DNA of 64,000 nt from Aquisalimonas sp. (GCF_007120195.1 NZ_SKOG01000013.1:767-64766); one strand, 5' to 3'; numbered from the stretch's first letter, positions 44,432 to 56,189 are shown. Notes: generated by a model not told the origin, from the sequence alone. Numbers and translations: made by a program.

Positions 44432-45554
44432 CGGCCTGAGTGTGGCGCTGCACTCGCGCCGGGGGATCGTGCTTGAGGCCGAGTTCGCCGTTGCGCCGGG
44501 AGAACTGTTGGCGCTGGTAGGCCCGTCCGGCAGCGGCAAGACGACGGTGCTGCGCACCATTGCCGGGCTGCACCGGCCGCAGATCGGGCTCATCCGATGC
44601 AACGGCGAGGCCTGGCTGGATACCGCTGGCGGGCTGTACCTTCCGCCTCAGAAGCGCCGCGTCGGCATGGTTTTCCAGGACTACGCACTGTTCCCCCATC
44701 TGACCGCCCTGGACAACCTGATTCTCGCCATGGACGGTGGTGATCGCGCGCAGCGCATCCGCCGGGCGCGGCAGCTGCTGAACCTCGTGCGCCTCGAGGG
44801 CCTGGAGCAGCGATTGCCGAGCGCCCTCTCCGGCGGGCAACAGCAACGCGTCGCAGTTGCCCGGGCGCTGGCCCGGGATCCCCGCGCCCTGCTGCTGGAT
44901 GAGCCGTTTTCGGCCGTGGACATGATGACGCGCGAGCGGTTGCAGCGCGAGCTGGCGCTATTGCGTCAGGGCATCGACATCCCGGTGCTCCTGGTCACCC
45001 ATGACCTGCAGGAAGCCACGGCCCTGGCGGATCGCATCTGCGTTCTTCACGACGGCAAGAGCCTGCAGACGGGGACACCGGAGGCCCTGTTTCGTCGTCC
45101 CGAGAGCCCCCGAGTGGCTCGCCTGCTCGGCCGCCAGAACGTCTTCAGTGGCGTTGTCACGCGGGCGCATGGGGGCGAATGCTTACAATGGGGCGGGCTG
45201 ACGCTGGAGCTTGCCCAGGCGAGTGGTCTGCCGGATGGTGCCCGGGTCAACTGGTACATCCCCGATTCCGACATCGTCCTCCACCGGCGGGGAAGGCCCT
45301 CCCGCGGCGAGCGAGAGAATCCGGTGCGAGGGACTGTCGATGAATGCGTTGTCATGGGCGCGCAGACCTCCGTCGTTCTCCGCTGCCACCACACCGGCGA
45401 CGCGCTGCGGCTGTCGGTATCCACGCATGCCGCGCGCCGTAACGGGCTGACCCCCGGCGTTGATGCCACGGTTTCCCTGCTGGGCAAGGGACTTCATGTC
45501 ATGGCGCCGCGGGAGCATGCCCGCGACCCCGTGGCCAAGGGCGGTTTTTCTTGA
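44421..45554 (+). CDS. modC: molybdate ABC transporter ATP-binding protein with a C-terminal TOBE/Mop-like domain
   Basis: Walker A motif GPSGSGKTT, ABC signature LSGGQQQRVAVARAL, Walker B motif LLLDEPFSAVD. The GTG start overlaps the modB stop. An ATG at 44391 is an alternative start. Confidence 0.9.
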   Translation: MSGDGLSVALHSRRGIVLEAEFAVAPGELLALVGPSGSGKTTVLRTIAGLHRPQIGLIRCNGEAWLDTAGGLYLPPQKRRVGMVFQDYALFPHLTALDNLILAMDGGDRAQRIRRARQLLNLVRLEGLEQRLPSALSGGQQQRVAVARALARDPRALLLDEPFSAVDMMTRERLQRELALLRQGIDIPVLLVTHDLQEATALADRICVLHDGKSLQTGTPEALFRRPESPRVARLLGRQNVFSGVVTRAHGGECLQWGGLTLELAQASGLPDGARVNWYIPDSDIVLHRRGRPSRGERENPVRGTVDECVVMGAQTSVVLRCHHTGDALRLSVSTHAARRNGLTPGVDATVSLLGKGLHVMAPREHARDPVAKGGFS

Positions 45555-45659
45555 CCACAGGGCCACGTGAGGTGTATCTTTTCGGCCTCGAAAGGTCGCG
45601 GATCGCGGGTTTATAGGCCCTCCGCGGCTCAAACGGCGTTTCTTCGGCGACGTCAGAAT

Positions 45660-45682
45660 CGGGCCGCGTGCGGCCTTTTTTT
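45660..45682 (+). terminator. rho-independent terminator after modC
   Basis: GGCCG-CGTG-CGGCC followed by T7. Confidence 0.6.
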
Positions 45683-45775
45683 GTCGCTGAGGACCGCCCA
45701 CCGGGTTCCGGCGGCATGCGCACGCAACCCAGCGGGGGAAGCCCGAATGCACGGGTGATCGTCGCTGAGCATCGG

Positions 45776-45798
45776 ATGGGCCTCGAGGCCCATTTTTT
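45776..45798 (+). terminator. perfect palindromic hairpin plus T6 directly upstream of rimP (possible leader attenuator)
   Basis: ATGGGCCTCGAGGCCCAT followed by TTTTT. It ends 18 nt before the rimP ATG. Confidence 0.5.
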
Positions 45799-45815
45799 GT
45801 TTGTACGGAAAGCAC

Positions 45816-46271
45816 ATGGAGCGGATGCAGCACACGCTGACGGCACTGATTGAGCCCGCAGTGACTGCCATGGGCTATGAACTTGTGGGCCTGGAATACC
45901 GGCCGAGCAGAAGGAACGGGCTGCTGCGGGTCTATATCGATGCCCCTGCCGGGATCACGCTCGCGGATTGTGAGGCCGTCAGTCATCAGGTCAGTGGTGT
46001 CCTGGATGTAGAGGATCCGATTCAGGGTAGCTACCGCCTGGAGATCTCGTCACCCGGCGTGGATCGCCCCCTGTTTAACGCCCTTGACTTTGAGCGCTTC
46101 GCCGGCGCCGAAGCCCGGGTGCGGTTGCATGGCCTGTGGGAAGGACGACGCAAGCTGTGTGGCATTCTGCACGGGGTGCAGGATGGCTGCGTGATGATTG
46201 AAGAGCATGGCACGCACTACGCGGTGCCGTTGGAGCGCATCGACAAGGCCAATCTGGTCCCGGATGTCTGA
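45816..46271 (+). CDS. rimP: ribosome maturation factor RimP
   Basis: ...LTALIEPAVTAMGYELVGLEY......LLRVYID...GITL.DCE.VS.QVS..LD.EDPI...Y.LE.SSPG.DRPL. Alternative starts are TTG at 45801 and ATG at 45825. Confidence 0.9.
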   Translation: MERMQHTLTALIEPAVTAMGYELVGLEYRPSRRNGLLRVYIDAPAGITLADCEAVSHQVSGVLDVEDPIQGSYRLEISSPGVDRPLFNALDFERFAGAEARVRLHGLWEGRRKLCGILHGVQDGCVMIEEHGTHYAVPLERIDKANLVPDV

Positions 46272-46315
46272 CTGACCGGCGTGTATGACGCACGACCGGG
46301 CGTGGAGTCGCAAGA

Positions 46316-47821
46316 ATGAGCAAAGAGGTTCTGCTGGTTGTAGAGGCCATTTCCAACGAAAAGGGCGTCGATCGGGAAGTGATTGTCGAGGCCATCGAGG
46401 CAGCCCTGGCTTCTGCTACCCGGAAGCGATTCCCGGGCGACATCGATGTTCGTGTGGACGTGGACCGGCGTACCGGCGAGTACAGCACCTTCCGGCGTTG
46501 GGAAGTGGTGGAGGACGACGCCGACGTGGAGTTTCCTGACCAGGTCATGCGGCTCTCCGAGGCACGGGAGCGGCAGCGGGATGTTCAGGTGGGCGACTAT
46601 GTGGAAGAGCCCATGGAGTCGGTGGCTTTCGGGCGCATTGCAGCGCAGACGGCCAAGCAGGTCATTGTCCAGAAGGTTCGGGAAGCTGAGCGCGCCAAGG
46701 TGGTAGACGCCTATCAGGGTCGTGTCGGCGAACTGCTCACCGGCGTGGTCAAGAAGGCCGAGCGTGGCAACGTCATCATCGACCTCGGCGGCAACGCCGA
46801 GGCACTGATTCCCCGCGAAGAGATGATTCCCCGCGAGGCCTTCCGCGCCGGCGACCGGGTTCGGGGCTATTTGAAGGAGGTGCGGCCGGAAGCGCGTGGG
46901 CCGCAGCTGTTTGTCTCGAGGACCGCGCCCGAGTTTCTGATCGAGCTGTTCAAGCTGGAAGTCCCCGAGGTGGGTCAGGAACTCATCGATATCCTTGGTG
47001 CGGCGCGAGATCCGGGGTTGCGCGCGAAGATCGCCGTGCGCTCCAACGACCCGCGCATCGATCCTGTTGGCGCGTGCGTCGGTATGCGGGGCTCGCGCGT
47101 GCAGGCGGTCTCGAACGAGTTGTCCGGTGAGCGGATCGACATCATTCTCTGGAACGAGAATCCGGCGCAGTTCGTCATCAATGCCATGGCGCCGGCAGAC
47201 GTGGAGTCCATTGTTGTCGACGAGGATTCCGGGAGCATGGATGTCGCCGTCGCCGGGGATCAGCTCTCCCAGGCCATCGGGCGGGGCGGCCAGAACGTGC
47301 GGCTTGCCAGCGAGCTGACCGGCTGGGAGTTGAACGTAATGACCAGCGAGGATGCCCAGGCCAAGAGCCAGGAAGAGGGTCAGAAGATTCTGGATTCCTT
47401 CATGGACACGCTCGGTGTTGATGAAGAGGTGGCCGGCATCCTGGTGCAGGAAGGCTTCTCCAGCGTCGAGGAAGTGGCCTACGTGCCGACCTCGGAAATG
47501 CTGGAGATCGAGGAATTCGATGAGGAGATGGTTGAAGAACTCCGCTCCCGGGCCCGGGACGTGCTGCTGCAGCAGATGATCGCCGGGGCTGGCGGTAATT
47601 CGGGTGCCGAACCCAGCGAAGATCTGCTCGCGATGGAGGGTATGGACGAGGAGCTTGCGCACAAGTTGGCAGCGGAAGGTGTCGTCTCCATGGAAGACCT
47701 GGCCGAGCAGGCTGTGGATGACGTGGTGGATGCGACGGGCATTGACGCCGAGCGCGCTGCGATTTTGATCATGAAAGCGCGGGAACCCTGGTTCGCCGAG
47801 CAGGAGCAAAAGGAATCCTGA
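46316..47821 (+). CDS. nusA: transcription termination/antitermination factor NusA
   Basis: 501 aa, [29 protein letters not shown], with S1, KH and C-terminal acidic repeat regions. Confidence 0.96.
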   Translation: MSKEVLLVVEAISNEKGVDREVIVEAIEAALASATRKRFPGDIDVRVDVDRRTGEYSTFRRWEVVEDDADVEFPDQVMRLSEARERQRDVQVGDYVEEPMESVAFGRIAAQTAKQVIVQKVREAERAKVVDAYQGRVGELLTGVVKKAERGNVIIDLGGNAEALIPREEMIPREAFRAGDRVRGYLKEVRPEARGPQLFVSRTAPEFLIELFKLEVPEVGQELIDILGAARDPGLRAKIAVRSNDPRIDPVGACVGMRGSRVQAVSNELSGERIDIILWNENPAQFVINAMAPADVESIVVDEDSGSMDVAVAGDQLSQAIGRGGQNVRLASELTGWELNVMTSEDAQAKSQEEGQKILDSFMDTLGVDEEVAGILVQEGFSSVEEVAYVPTSEMLEIEEFDEEMVEELRSRARDVLLQQMIAGAGGNSGAEPSEDLLAMEGMDEELAHKLAAEGVVSMEDLAEQAVDDVVDATGIDAERAAILIMKAREPWFAEQEQKES

Positions 47822-47911
47822 AACATTGCGCAGAGGGCGCCTTGCCGGCGAGGCGAGGCGTGGAGCGCACGGGCGTGCCGAGATTGACGCACAGGATTCG
47901 GGGAGAAATGC

Positions 47912-50596
47912 ATGTCGGAAGTGACAGTCAAGCAGTTTGCACAAACGGTGGGTACTCCGGTTGAACGACTTCTGGGCCAGCTGAGCGATGCGGGTGTCGA
48001 AGTCAGTGACGCGGATTCCGTGCTATCGGACGCCGACAAGGCAGCACTGCTCGCTTACTTGCAGAAGTCCCGTGGTGGCGAGGAAGTCCAGTCCGGGCCG
48101 CGCAAGGTGACCCTGCGCCGCAAGAGCACCAGCCAGATCAAGCTTCCGACCGGCGGTGGCGGGGCCCGCGGATCCCGAGGCGCGAGTAGTACGCGAACCG
48201 TCAATGTGGAGGTTCGCAAGAAGCGGACGTACGTCAAGCGTGAGGATGTGGAGGCACAGCGGGAGCGGCTTGAGGCCGAGCAGCGCGAGGCCGAGGAGGC
48301 CCGACGTGCGGAGGAAGCGGAGGCCCGACGCGCGGAGGAAGGCGCACAGCTAACGGAGTCGCTTGTCGAGCAGGTGGCTGAAGCAGATGTTACTGCAGCC
48401 GAATTGCAACACGCCGGCTCTGAGCAGACCGAGTCGGCGGTGGACGCGCCCGCCCAGGATGCGGAGACGCCGCCGGCCGCCGCAGACTCCGCACTCGGCG
48501 ATGAACAAACACACGCGGGCGAGTCGGCCGAGGATAGTGACGCAACCGAGACGGGCGAGCCAGCGGTCTCTGCCGACGAGCCTGCGGTGGTGGACCCGGC
48601 GACCCTTGAAGCGGAGTCCAACGTCTCCGGCAAGCGCAAGAAGACCAAGAGCAAAGAGCGCACCAAGCAGGAGGACGACGAGGAAGGTCGCCGCCGGACG
48701 AAGAGCCGCAAGAGCCGCGAAGGCCGGGATGAGTTGCACGTCTCCGCAGCGCGCCCGGGCAAGCGGGCCAAGCGTAAAGAGCGTGGTGGCGGCGCCGGCA
48801 AGGTGCTTCAGCATGGCTTCGAGAAGCCGACAGCTCCCGTGGTGCGTGAAGTGGAGATTCCCGAGTCCATCACCGTCGGTGATCTCGCGCAGCGCATGAG
48901 TGTCAAGGCGGCGGTGCTGATCAAGGAAATGATGAAGCAGGGGGTCATGGCGACCATCAACCAGCCGGTGGACCAGGATACGGCCGTTCTGCTGGTCGAG
49001 GAGCTTGGTCACCGGCCCAAGGTTGTCAACGAGAACGCCCTGGAGGAAGCGGTCATCAGCGAAGCGGCCGAGCTGGAGGGCGAGCAGCGGCCGCGCCCGC
49101 CAGTGGTCACGATTATGGGGCACGTAGACCATGGCAAGACGTCGGTGCTGGACTACATTCGCCGCGCCAAAGTTGTGGATTCGGAGGCCGGTGGCATTAC
49201 CCAGCATATCGGCGCCTATCACGCGGCCACCGACCGGGGTGTGGTCACCTTCCTCGATACGCCGGGCCACCAGGCCTTCACGGCCATGCGCGCCCGCGGG
49301 GCGCAGCTGACCGATGTCGTGGTTCTTGTGGTTGCGGCGGATGACGGTGTCATGCCGCAGACAGAAGAGGCCATCAAGCACGCCCGCGAGGCTCGAGTGC
49401 CTATCGTTGTGGCGGTGAACAAGATCGATAAGCCCGAGGCGGACCTGGACCGGGTCAAGCAGGAGCTAAGTAAGCACGATGTCATCTCCGAGGAGTGGGG
49501 GGGTGATACACAGTTCGTGCCTGTCTCTGCCAAGACCGGCGAAGGGCTGGAGGAGTTGCTGGAGGCGATCATTCTGCAGGCTGAGCTCCTGGAACTGACG
49601 GCTGTGGTGGACTGTCCGGCCACCGGCATTGTGGTCGAATCAAGCCTGGATAAAGGCCGTGGGCCGGTCGCGACGGTGCTGGTACAAAACGGCGAGCTGC
49701 ACAAGGGTGACGTCATCCTCTCCGGGGTGGAGTACGGACGCGTCCGGGCCATGCTCGACGAGAACGGACGCCAGGTTGACAAGGCCGGCCCCTCGATACC
49801 CGTTGTGGTGTTGGGCCTGTCCGGTCTGCCGAATTCCGGCGACGACGTCATGGTGCTGAAAGATGAGCGCAAGGCCCGCGAAGTCGCTGAACTGCGTAAG
49901 GAGCGCCAGCGCGACAAGCGCCTGCAGCAGCAGAAGGCCGCGCGCATGGATGAACTGTTCACGCAGATGAAGTCCGATGAGGTCAATCAGGTCAACATTC
50001 TGCTCAAGGCGGACGTGCAGGGGAGTGCCGAGGCACTGAGCCAGTCCCTGGCGGATTTGTCCAACGACGAAGTCAAGGTCCACGTGATCCAGACCGGGGT
50101 TGGCGGCATCAACGAATCCGACGTCAACCTGGCCATTGCCTCAAACGCCATCCTCATCGGCTTTAACGTGCGCGCCGACGCAGCCGCGCGGAAGCTCATC
50201 CGGGAGGCGGAAGTGGATGTGCACTACTACAGCATCATTTATGAGGCCATTGACGAGGTCAAAAAGGCGATCAGCGGCATGCTGGAGCCGGAGGTCAAGG
50301 AAGAGATTCTCGGCCTCGCGCAGGTCCGCGACGTGTTCAAATCGTCCAAGCTCGGTGCCATTGCCGGCTGCCTTGTGGAAGAAGGCGTCGTCCGGCGCCG
50401 CTGCCCGATCCGCGTGCTGCGTGACAACGTGGTGATCTTCGAAGGCGAACTGGAGTCACTGCGCCGCTTCAAGGACGACGTCAGCGAGGTGCGCTCCGGT
50501 ACGGAATGTGGTATCGGGGTGAAGAACTACAATGACGTCAAGGTTGGTGATCAGATCGAGTGCTTCGAGCGCATCGAAGTGGCGCGCAGCCTGTGA
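47912..50596 (+). CDS. infB: translation initiation factor IF-2
   Basis: 894 aa. It has a charged, low-complexity N-terminal half and the GTPase motifs [14 protein letters not shown] and NKID. Confidence 0.96.
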   Translation: MSEVTVKQFAQTVGTPVERLLGQLSDAGVEVSDADSVLSDADKAALLAYLQKSRGGEEVQSGPRKVTLRRKSTSQIKLPTGGGGARGSRGASSTRTVNVEVRKKRTYVKREDVEAQRERLEAEQREAEEARRAEEAEARRAEEGAQLTESLVEQVAEADVTAAELQHAGSEQTESAVDAPAQDAETPPAAADSALGDEQTHAGESAEDSDATETGEPAVSADEPAVVDPATLEAESNVSGKRKKTKSKERTKQEDDEEGRRRTKSRKSREGRDELHVSAARPGKRAKRKERGGGAGKVLQHGFEKPTAPVVREVEIPESITVGDLAQRMSVKAAVLIKEMMKQGVMATINQPVDQDTAVLLVEELGHRPKVVNENALEEAVISEAAELEGEQRPRPPVVTIMGHVDHGKTSVLDYIRRAKVVDSEAGGITQHIGAYHAATDRGVVTFLDTPGHQAFTAMRARGAQLTDVVVLVVAADDGVMPQTEEAIKHAREARVPIVVAVNKIDKPEADLDRVKQELSKHDVISEEWGGDTQFVPVSAKTGEGLEELLEAIILQAELLELTAVVDCPATGIVVESSLDKGRGPVATVLVQNGELHKGDVILSGVEYGRVRAMLDENGRQVDKAGPSIPVVVLGLSGLPNSGDDVMVLKDERKAREVAELRKERQRDKRLQQQKAARMDELFTQMKSDEVNQVNILLKADVQGSAEALSQSLADLSNDEVKVHVIQTGVGGINESDVNLAIASNAILIGFNVRADAAARKLIREAEVDVHYYSIIYEAIDEVKKAISGMLEPEVKEEILGLAQVRDVFKSSKLGAIAGCLVEEGVVRRRCPIRVLRDNVVIFEGELESLRRFKDDVSEVRSGTECGIGVKNYNDVKVGDQIECFERIEVARSL

Positions 50597-50685
50597 TTGC
50601 GCGCCGATCACGAGGCCGCGGCGGCCCCCTCACTGCGCAGTCGCGGGGTCGATTGGTTCCGCTCCTCCGCCGGAAGAGGTGATGC

Positions 50686-51057
50686 ATGAGAAAGGAAACG
50701 CCGCGTACCCGGCGTGTGGCGGAGCAGCTTCAGCGCGAGCTTGCCGAAACCATTCGGGATGAAATTCGCGATCCCAGGGTCGGCTCGGTCACCGTCTCCG
50801 GCGTGGAGGTGGCGCGCGATCTGGCCCATGCCCGCGTTTACATGACCGTGCTGGGCGAGGATTCGCGCACCAGTACAGAGGCGGCCGGTGTGCTCAATGG
50901 CGCCTCCGGTTTCCTGCGTCGGGAATTGAGCCGGCGCGTGCGGCTGCGGACCGTGCCGGCACTGACGTTCATTCACGATCCGTCCTTCGATCGCGCAGCG
51001 CGCCTGTCATCCCTCATCGACAGTGCCCTCGATGAGGATCAAGGCCGGAGCAGCTGA
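50686..51057 (+). CDS. rbfA: ribosome-binding factor A
   Basis: 123 aa, R..RV.EQLQRELAE.I..EI.DPR.G.VT.S.VEV..DL.HA.VY. Confidence 0.93.
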   Translation: MRKETPRTRRVAEQLQRELAETIRDEIRDPRVGSVTVSGVEVARDLAHARVYMTVLGEDSRTSTEAAGVLNGASGFLRRELSRRVRLRTVPALTFIHDPSFDRAARLSSLIDSALDEDQGRSS

Positions 51058-51065
51058 AGAAACCA

Positions 51066-51974
51066 GTGATCGCGAAAAGGCACCGTCGCAACGTCAACGG
51101 CATCCTGTTGCTCGACAAGCCGCCCGGGGGCACCTCCAACCAGGTGCTGCAACGGGTCAAGCACCTGTTCCAGGCCCGCAAGGCCGGGCATACCGGGAGC
51201 CTGGATCCGCTGGCGACGGGTCTGCTGCCACTGTGTTTTGGCGAGGCGACCAAGGTTTCAGGCTTCCTCCTGGATGCGGACAAGCGCTATCGGGTGACCT
51301 GTCGCCTCGGTCAAACCACAACCACCGCGGATGGTGAAGGCGAGCTGCTCGAGCAACGCCCGGTTCCGGCGCTCGAGGCCGGGCGCATCGAAGACGTTCT
51401 CGCGCGCTTCTCAGGCGAGCAGGACCAGGTGCCGCCGATGTACTCCGCGGTGAAGCATCGGGGCGAACGGCTCTATCGCCTGGCCCGCCGCGGCGAGGAA
51501 GTTGCGCGCAAGGCACGCCGGGTGCGCGTGTATGACCTGAAGCTCGCTGCCCGGGAGGGCGAGTTCCTGACACTGGATGTGCACTGCTCTAAGGGCACGT
51601 ACGTCCGTACGCTGGTGGAAGGGATTGGCGAGGCGCTGGGCGCCGGGGCGCATGTGACGGCTCTCCGCAGGACGGCTCTGGGCCCATTCGTCGATCAGCC
51701 CATGGTCACGATGGACGCGGTTGAAGCGGCAAGCGAGCAGGGCAGGGACGCGCTCGATGCGTTGCTTTTGCCACCGGAGGTCGGGCTCGTGGAGTGGCCG
51801 GCCGTAACGCTTGACCCTGACAGCGCCCAATTTCTGTGTCGCGGCCAGGCGGTGTTTGTCCCCAGGGCCCCGGGTGTCGGCTGGGTCCGTATTTTTGGAC
51901 CCGGGGGTTTTCTGGGCATGGGCGTGGTTCTGGGCGACGGGCGCATCGCCCCGCGGCGGCTGATGCTCGCGTGA
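51066..51974 (+). CDS. truB: tRNA pseudouridine-55 synthase
   Basis: 302 aa, NGILLLDKP.G.TSN..LQ.VK.....KAGHTGSLDPLATGLLP.C.GEATK. GTG start. Confidence 0.94.
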   Translation: MIAKRHRRNVNGILLLDKPPGGTSNQVLQRVKHLFQARKAGHTGSLDPLATGLLPLCFGEATKVSGFLLDADKRYRVTCRLGQTTTTADGEGELLEQRPVPALEAGRIEDVLARFSGEQDQVPPMYSAVKHRGERLYRLARRGEEVARKARRVRVYDLKLAAREGEFLTLDVHCSKGTYVRTLVEGIGEALGAGAHVTALRRTALGPFVDQPMVTMDAVEAASEQGRDALDALLLPPEVGLVEWPAVTLDPDSAQFLCRGQAVFVPRAPGVGWVRIFGPGGFLGMGVVLGDGRIAPRRLMLA

Positions 51975-52024
51975 GACCTTGCCGCGTGCAGCATGCTAAA
52001 GGAATTGTCCAGCGTCTCCTTAAC

Positions 52025-52053
52025 TTGTCGCCATGCAGGTGCGCCGCTACAAT
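52025..52053 (+). promoter_or_regulatory. candidate rpsO promoter
   Basis: TTGTCG, a 17-nt spacer, then TACAAT, about 40 nt upstream of the rpsO ATG. Confidence 0.55.
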
Positions 52054-52095
52054 AGCGGGCCTTCCAAAAGTAGACGGAATACCAGGAGCCATTCG

Positions 52096-52365
52096 ATGTC
52101 GCTGACCGCGGAACAGAAAGCCGAGATCGTCAATGAGCACAAGCGCTCGGAAGGGGACACGGGGTCGCCCGAAGTCCAGGTTGCGCTGCTCACGAGTCGA
52201 ATCTTGCACCTGACACAGCATTTTGCAGACCACAAGCAGGATCATCACTCCCGTCGTGGTCTACTCAAGCTGGTGAACCAGCGCCGAAAGCTGCTCGACT
52301 ACCTCAACCGCAAGGACCGCGAGCGCTATCAGGCGATCGTGGCGAAGCTGGGTCTGCGCAAATAG
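52096..52365 (+). CDS. rpsO: 30S ribosomal protein S15
   Basis: 89 aa, [62 protein letters not shown]. Confidence 0.96.
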   Translation: MSLTAEQKAEIVNEHKRSEGDTGSPEVQVALLTSRILHLTQHFADHKQDHHSRRGLLKLVNQRRKLLDYLNRKDRERYQAIVAKLGLRK

Positions 52366-52407
52366 ACCGCCGGTCATGTTTTTCTGTCGTATAGAGGATC
52401 AGTCGCT

Positions 52408-54501
52408 GTGGAATCGGTAAAGAAGGCGTTCCAGTACGGTGAGCATTCCGTCACCCTCGAGACGGGCGCCATCGCCCGCCAGGCGACAGGTGCCGTACTG
52501 GTCAACATGTCGGACACGGTGGTCCTTGTCACTGTCGTGAGCAAGAACGAGCCAGCGGCGCAACGCGATTTTCTGCCGCTCACCGTCAATTACCAGGAGC
52601 GGACGTACGCAGCCGGCAAGATTCCGGGTGGGTTCTTCAAACGAGAAGGGCGTCCGTCAGAGAAGGAAACGCTGACATGCCGCCTGATCGACCGGCCGAT
52701 CCGTCCGCTGTTTCCGGAGGGGTTCTGCAATGAGGTTCAGGTCATTGCGACCGTGATTTCAATGAACCCGGACGTGGATCCCGACATTCCGGCACTTCTT
52801 GGCACCTCTGCAGCCCTGGCCATCTCTGGCATTCCGTTCGACGGCCCCATCGGCGCTGCACGCGTGGGGTACACAGACGGCGAGTACCTGTTGAACCCGG
52901 GGTTCACTGCCCTGGAGTCGTCGGGCCTTGATCTCGTCGTCGCCGGTACGAGCGATGCCGTGCTCATGGTGGAGTCGGAAGCGCAGCAGCTTCCCGAGTC
53001 CGTAATGCTCGACGCCGTCATTTTCGGCCACGAGCAGATGCAAAAGGCGATCACCGCAATCAATGAGCTGGCCGCTGAAGCGGGCAAACCGCGTTGGGAT
53101 TGGCAACCCGCGGTGAAAGACGACAACCTGGGCGCTGAGGTAACTGGTCAGTTCGAAAGCGCCCTGCGGGAAGCCTATTCGATTGCGGAAAAGCAGGAAC
53201 GCAACGACCGGGTCAACGCCTTGCGTGACCAGGCTGTCGAACGTTTCGCGTCCGCCGAGGAAGACGGGGCCACGGCACACGATGTAATGGGCGCGTTCAA
53301 GGAGCTGGAGAAGAAGATTGTTCGCGGGCGCATCCTCAGCGGCGAGCCGCGAATCGACGGACGCGACAATCAGACGGTGCGGCCCATAGACATTGAGGTC
53401 GGCACGTTGCCACGCACCCACGGCTCGGCCATTTTCACCCGTGGAGAGACTCAGGCGGTGGTTGTAACAACACTGGGCACCGGGCGCGATGCGCAGATTG
53501 TTGACGCCATCGAAGGTGAACGCAAAGAGCCCTTCATGCTGCATTACAATTTTCCGCCCTATTGTGTTGGTGAAACCGGGTTCATGGCGGGTCCGAAGCG
53601 ACGTGAAATCGGTCATGGGAAATTGGCCAAGCGTGGTGTGCAGGCGGTGATGCCGTCGACCGAAGAGTGCCCTTACGTGCTTCGGGTCGTCGCGGAAATC
53701 ACTGAGTCGAACGGCTCCAGTTCCATGGCCTCGGTTTGCGGCACCAGCCTGTCGTTGATGGATGCGGGGGTGCCGGTCAAGGCGCCGGTGGCCGGTATCG
53801 CGATGGGTCTGATTAAGGAACAGGACGCGTTTGCCGTGCTCTCCGATATTCTCGGCGACGAGGATCACCTCGGCGACATGGATTTCAAGGTGGCAGGTAC
53901 CGAAGCGGGCGTGACCGCTTTGCAAATGGATATCAAGATCAAGGGCATTACCCGGGAGATTATGCAAAAGGCCCTGGATCAGGCGAACAGCGGTCGCCTG
54001 CATATCCTCGGCGAAATGAAGAAGGCGATTAGCAAGCCCCGGGACGACATGTCCGAGTACGCGCCGCGGCTGCTCACCTTGCGCATTGACCCAGAGCGGA
54101 TCCGCGACGTGATCGGCAAGGGCGGCTCCACGATCCGGCAGTTGACCGAAGAGACTGGTGCCAACATCGACATCTCCGATGAAGGCGTCGTCACCATTGC
54201 GTCCGTGGACAAGGCCGCCGGTGAGGAGGCCCGTCGGCGGGTGGAGGAGCTGACCTCCGATATCGAGGTGGGCAAGGTCTACGAAGGGCGCGTGGTGAAG
54301 CTGATGGACTTTGGCGCCTTTGTCAGCATCCTTCCCGGTAAGGATGGGCTCGTTCACATTTCCCAGATTTCCAACGAGCGGGTGACCAACGTCGCCGATA
54401 AACTCAAGGAAGGGGACATGGTCAAGGTCAAAGTGCTGGAGGTCGATCGGCAGGGCCGGGTGCGGTTGAGCATGAAAGCGGTGGGAGAAGTCAGCGCCTG
54501 A
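52408..54501 (+). CDS. pnp: polynucleotide phosphorylase
   Basis: 697 aa with two RNase PH domains, a KH domain and a C-terminal S1 domain ([19 protein letters not shown]). GTG start. Confidence 0.96.
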   Translation: MESVKKAFQYGEHSVTLETGAIARQATGAVLVNMSDTVVLVTVVSKNEPAAQRDFLPLTVNYQERTYAAGKIPGGFFKREGRPSEKETLTCRLIDRPIRPLFPEGFCNEVQVIATVISMNPDVDPDIPALLGTSAALAISGIPFDGPIGAARVGYTDGEYLLNPGFTALESSGLDLVVAGTSDAVLMVESEAQQLPESVMLDAVIFGHEQMQKAITAINELAAEAGKPRWDWQPAVKDDNLGAEVTGQFESALREAYSIAEKQERNDRVNALRDQAVERFASAEEDGATAHDVMGAFKELEKKIVRGRILSGEPRIDGRDNQTVRPIDIEVGTLPRTHGSAIFTRGETQAVVVTTLGTGRDAQIVDAIEGERKEPFMLHYNFPPYCVGETGFMAGPKRREIGHGKLAKRGVQAVMPSTEECPYVLRVVAEITESNGSSSMASVCGTSLSLMDAGVPVKAPVAGIAMGLIKEQDAFAVLSDILGDEDHLGDMDFKVAGTEAGVTALQMDIKIKGITREIMQKALDQANSGRLHILGEMKKAISKPRDDMSEYAPRLLTLRIDPERIRDVIGKGGSTIRQLTEETGANIDISDEGVVTIASVDKAAGEEARRRVEELTSDIEVGKVYEGRVVKLMDFGAFVSILPGKDGLVHISQISNERVTNVADKLKEGDMVKVKVLEVDRQGRVRLSMKAVGEVSA

Positions 54502-54531
54502 CCGCGTATCAACCGTAGCAGCATCGCGAAG

Positions 54532-54551
54532 CCCCCGCCATCGAGCGGGGG
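54532..54551 (+). terminator. hairpin after pnp
   Basis: CCCCCGC-6 nt-GCGGGGG. The T-run that follows is weak (TTGATG). Confidence 0.4.
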
Positions 54552-54584
54552 TTGATGCGTCTGAGTCAGCGAAAACCCGCGTTA

Positions 54585-54613
54585 TTGCGTGGCGACTGGA
54601 CGCGGCGTACTAT
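54585..54613 (+). promoter_or_regulatory. candidate promoter of the cold-shock gene, implying a 5' UTR of about 185 nt
   Basis: TTGCGT, a 17-nt spacer, then TACTAT. Long 5' UTRs are typical of cspA-type genes. Confidence 0.45.
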
Positions 54614-54802
54614 CGAAATTGCTTCGGGCAAGCGCCCCAGGACGCTCAGCAGTCTCCGTTTGGCATCTTCTCGTTGTCCGGGTTACTGAGGATCACGTCC
54701 TGAGCGCTGGCGGGTGGTCTGTGTGGTCATTCGCCCGCCCAAGTGTGTAGGCGACATTCCTCAATGTCGTGCGTAATGATAGGTGAGCTAGAGGTTCAAG
54801 TA

Positions 54803-55015
54803 ATGGCAGAGCGAGAGACTGGCACGGTCAAGTGGTTTGATGCGGCCAAGGGTTACGGTTTTATCGCCCGCGAGGCCGGGGATGACGTGTTCGTTCACTT
54901 CCGTGCCATCCGGGGCACCGGTTACCGGACGCTAGAAGATGGCCAGCAAGTCGAATTCGGCGTGGTGCAGGGCGAAAAGGGTCTGCAGGCCGACGACGTG
55001 GTCGCGTTGGGCTGA
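54803..55015 (+). CDS. cold-shock domain protein (CspA family)
   Basis: 70 aa, [36 protein letters not shown] with RNP1 and RNP2 motifs. AGAGG lies upstream. Confidence 0.93.
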   Translation: MAERETGTVKWFDAAKGYGFIAREAGDDVFVHFRAIRGTGYRTLEDGQQVEFGVVQGEKGLQADDVVALG

Positions 55016-55061
55016 ACAACGCGCCCAAGAAAGCGTTGTACCGGCGAGCGCCGGAGTGCAA

Positions 55062-55090
55062 GGGGCCCCCAGAAGCTTGGGGGCCCTTTG
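55062..55090. terminator. bidirectional terminator between csp and the hydrolase gene
   Basis: GGGCCCCCA-6 nt-TGGGGGCCC followed by TTTG on the plus strand. It sits between convergent genes. Confidence 0.6.
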
Positions 55091-55139
55091 CGGTACAGGG
55101 CAGCAGCCGGCCCCAGCTGGTCCCGCCGCGTCTCGCGTG

Positions 55140-56189
55140 TCAGGCGATCGTCGCCACGATGGGCTCTTTGTCCTGCCACAGGCCCTCGGCGAGCATGCGC
55201 GGGATGGCCCCGTCCAGCCAGTAGCTCACCTGCAGCGGCGGCTGTCCCTGGACGAATCCCACGTGTCCTCCATGCGGGCTCCATTCCAGCGTGACCGCCG
55301 GCGGTAGCTGCTCCACGCTCGGCAGCGTTGCCGCAGGGATAAACGGATCATCAAGCGCGTGAATCATCCGCGTGGGCACGGTGATTGCCCGCAGCCGCTG
55401 GAGTGGCGAGCACCGCGTGTAGTAGTCATCGGCATTGACGAAGCCGTGGAGCGGGCCCGTGATGCAGTCGTCGAACTGCCGCAGCGTGCGCACGCGCAGG
55501 ACGGCCCGCGGGTCCAGCGGCAGCGCCTGTTGCATCTGCTTGCGGCGCACCAGCCGGCGCAGGCCGCGAACAAGGTGGCGGTCGTATATGCGCCGCGGGC
55601 CTGTGGCCAGGTAGTCGGCGCAAGGCCCGAGCTGCATCGGTGTCGACACCGTGATGGCCATATCCGCAGCGGCTTGCTCGCCAAGGCGCGCCAGCCAGTT
55701 GAGCGTGATGATGCCCCCCATAGAATAGCCGACGACTGCCAGTTGCCGGCCTGGAAGCCGGCGACAGACATGCTGGACGGTCGCCTGCAGGTCGCCGGTT
55801 TCACCGGCATGGAAGAATCGGGGTTGTCGGTTTAACTGCTCGCCGGCGCCGCGGAACTGCATGACGACACCCTGCATGCCGCGGCGAGCGAGTGCCTCCA
55901 GCAGACCCAGGACGTAGGGCGATCTCGCGCAGCCGCCCAGGCCGTGCAGCACGACCACGATCGGCCCAGGGGCGGCGGGGCCCCAGGCAAGTTGCAGTTG
56001 ATCACCATCCGGCAGATCCAGGCCTTCTTGACTCAATGCCACCTGGGCCCTGGGTCGCAGCAATCCCGCCCACAGTGTCTGGGCATGGCCGTTACGTAGC
56101 CACCAAGGCGTCTTGAACCCGTTTGGCAGAATGCGTCCGGTGCTGTGCTGATCGCGCGGCATGCGGTTAACCAGTGTCCTGGGACGCAC
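55140..56189 (-). CDS. alpha/beta-fold hydrolase (YheT-like)
   Basis: 349 aa, ...F..PWWLRNGHAQTLW..L.....V......L.LPDGD.L.L.W, with the nucleophile elbow GYSMGG. The GTG start overlaps the kinase stop (TAGTG). An ATG at 56162 is an alternative start. Confidence 0.8.
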   Translation of the reverse strand: MRPRTLVNRMPRDQHSTGRILPNGFKTPWWLRNGHAQTLWAGLLRPRAQVALSQEGLDLPDGDQLQLAWGPAAPGPIVVVLHGLGGCARSPYVLGLLEALARRGMQGVVMQFRGAGEQLNRQPRFFHAGETGDLQATVQHVCRRLPGRQLAVVGYSMGGIITLNWLARLGEQAAADMAITVSTPMQLGPCADYLATGPRRIYDRHLVRGLRRLVRRKQMQQALPLDPRAVLRVRTLRQFDDCITGPLHGFVNADDYYTRCSPLQRLRAITVPTRMIHALDDPFIPAATLPSVEQLPPAVTLEWSPHGGHVGFVQGQPPLQVSYWLDGAIPRMLAEGLWQDKEPIVATIA

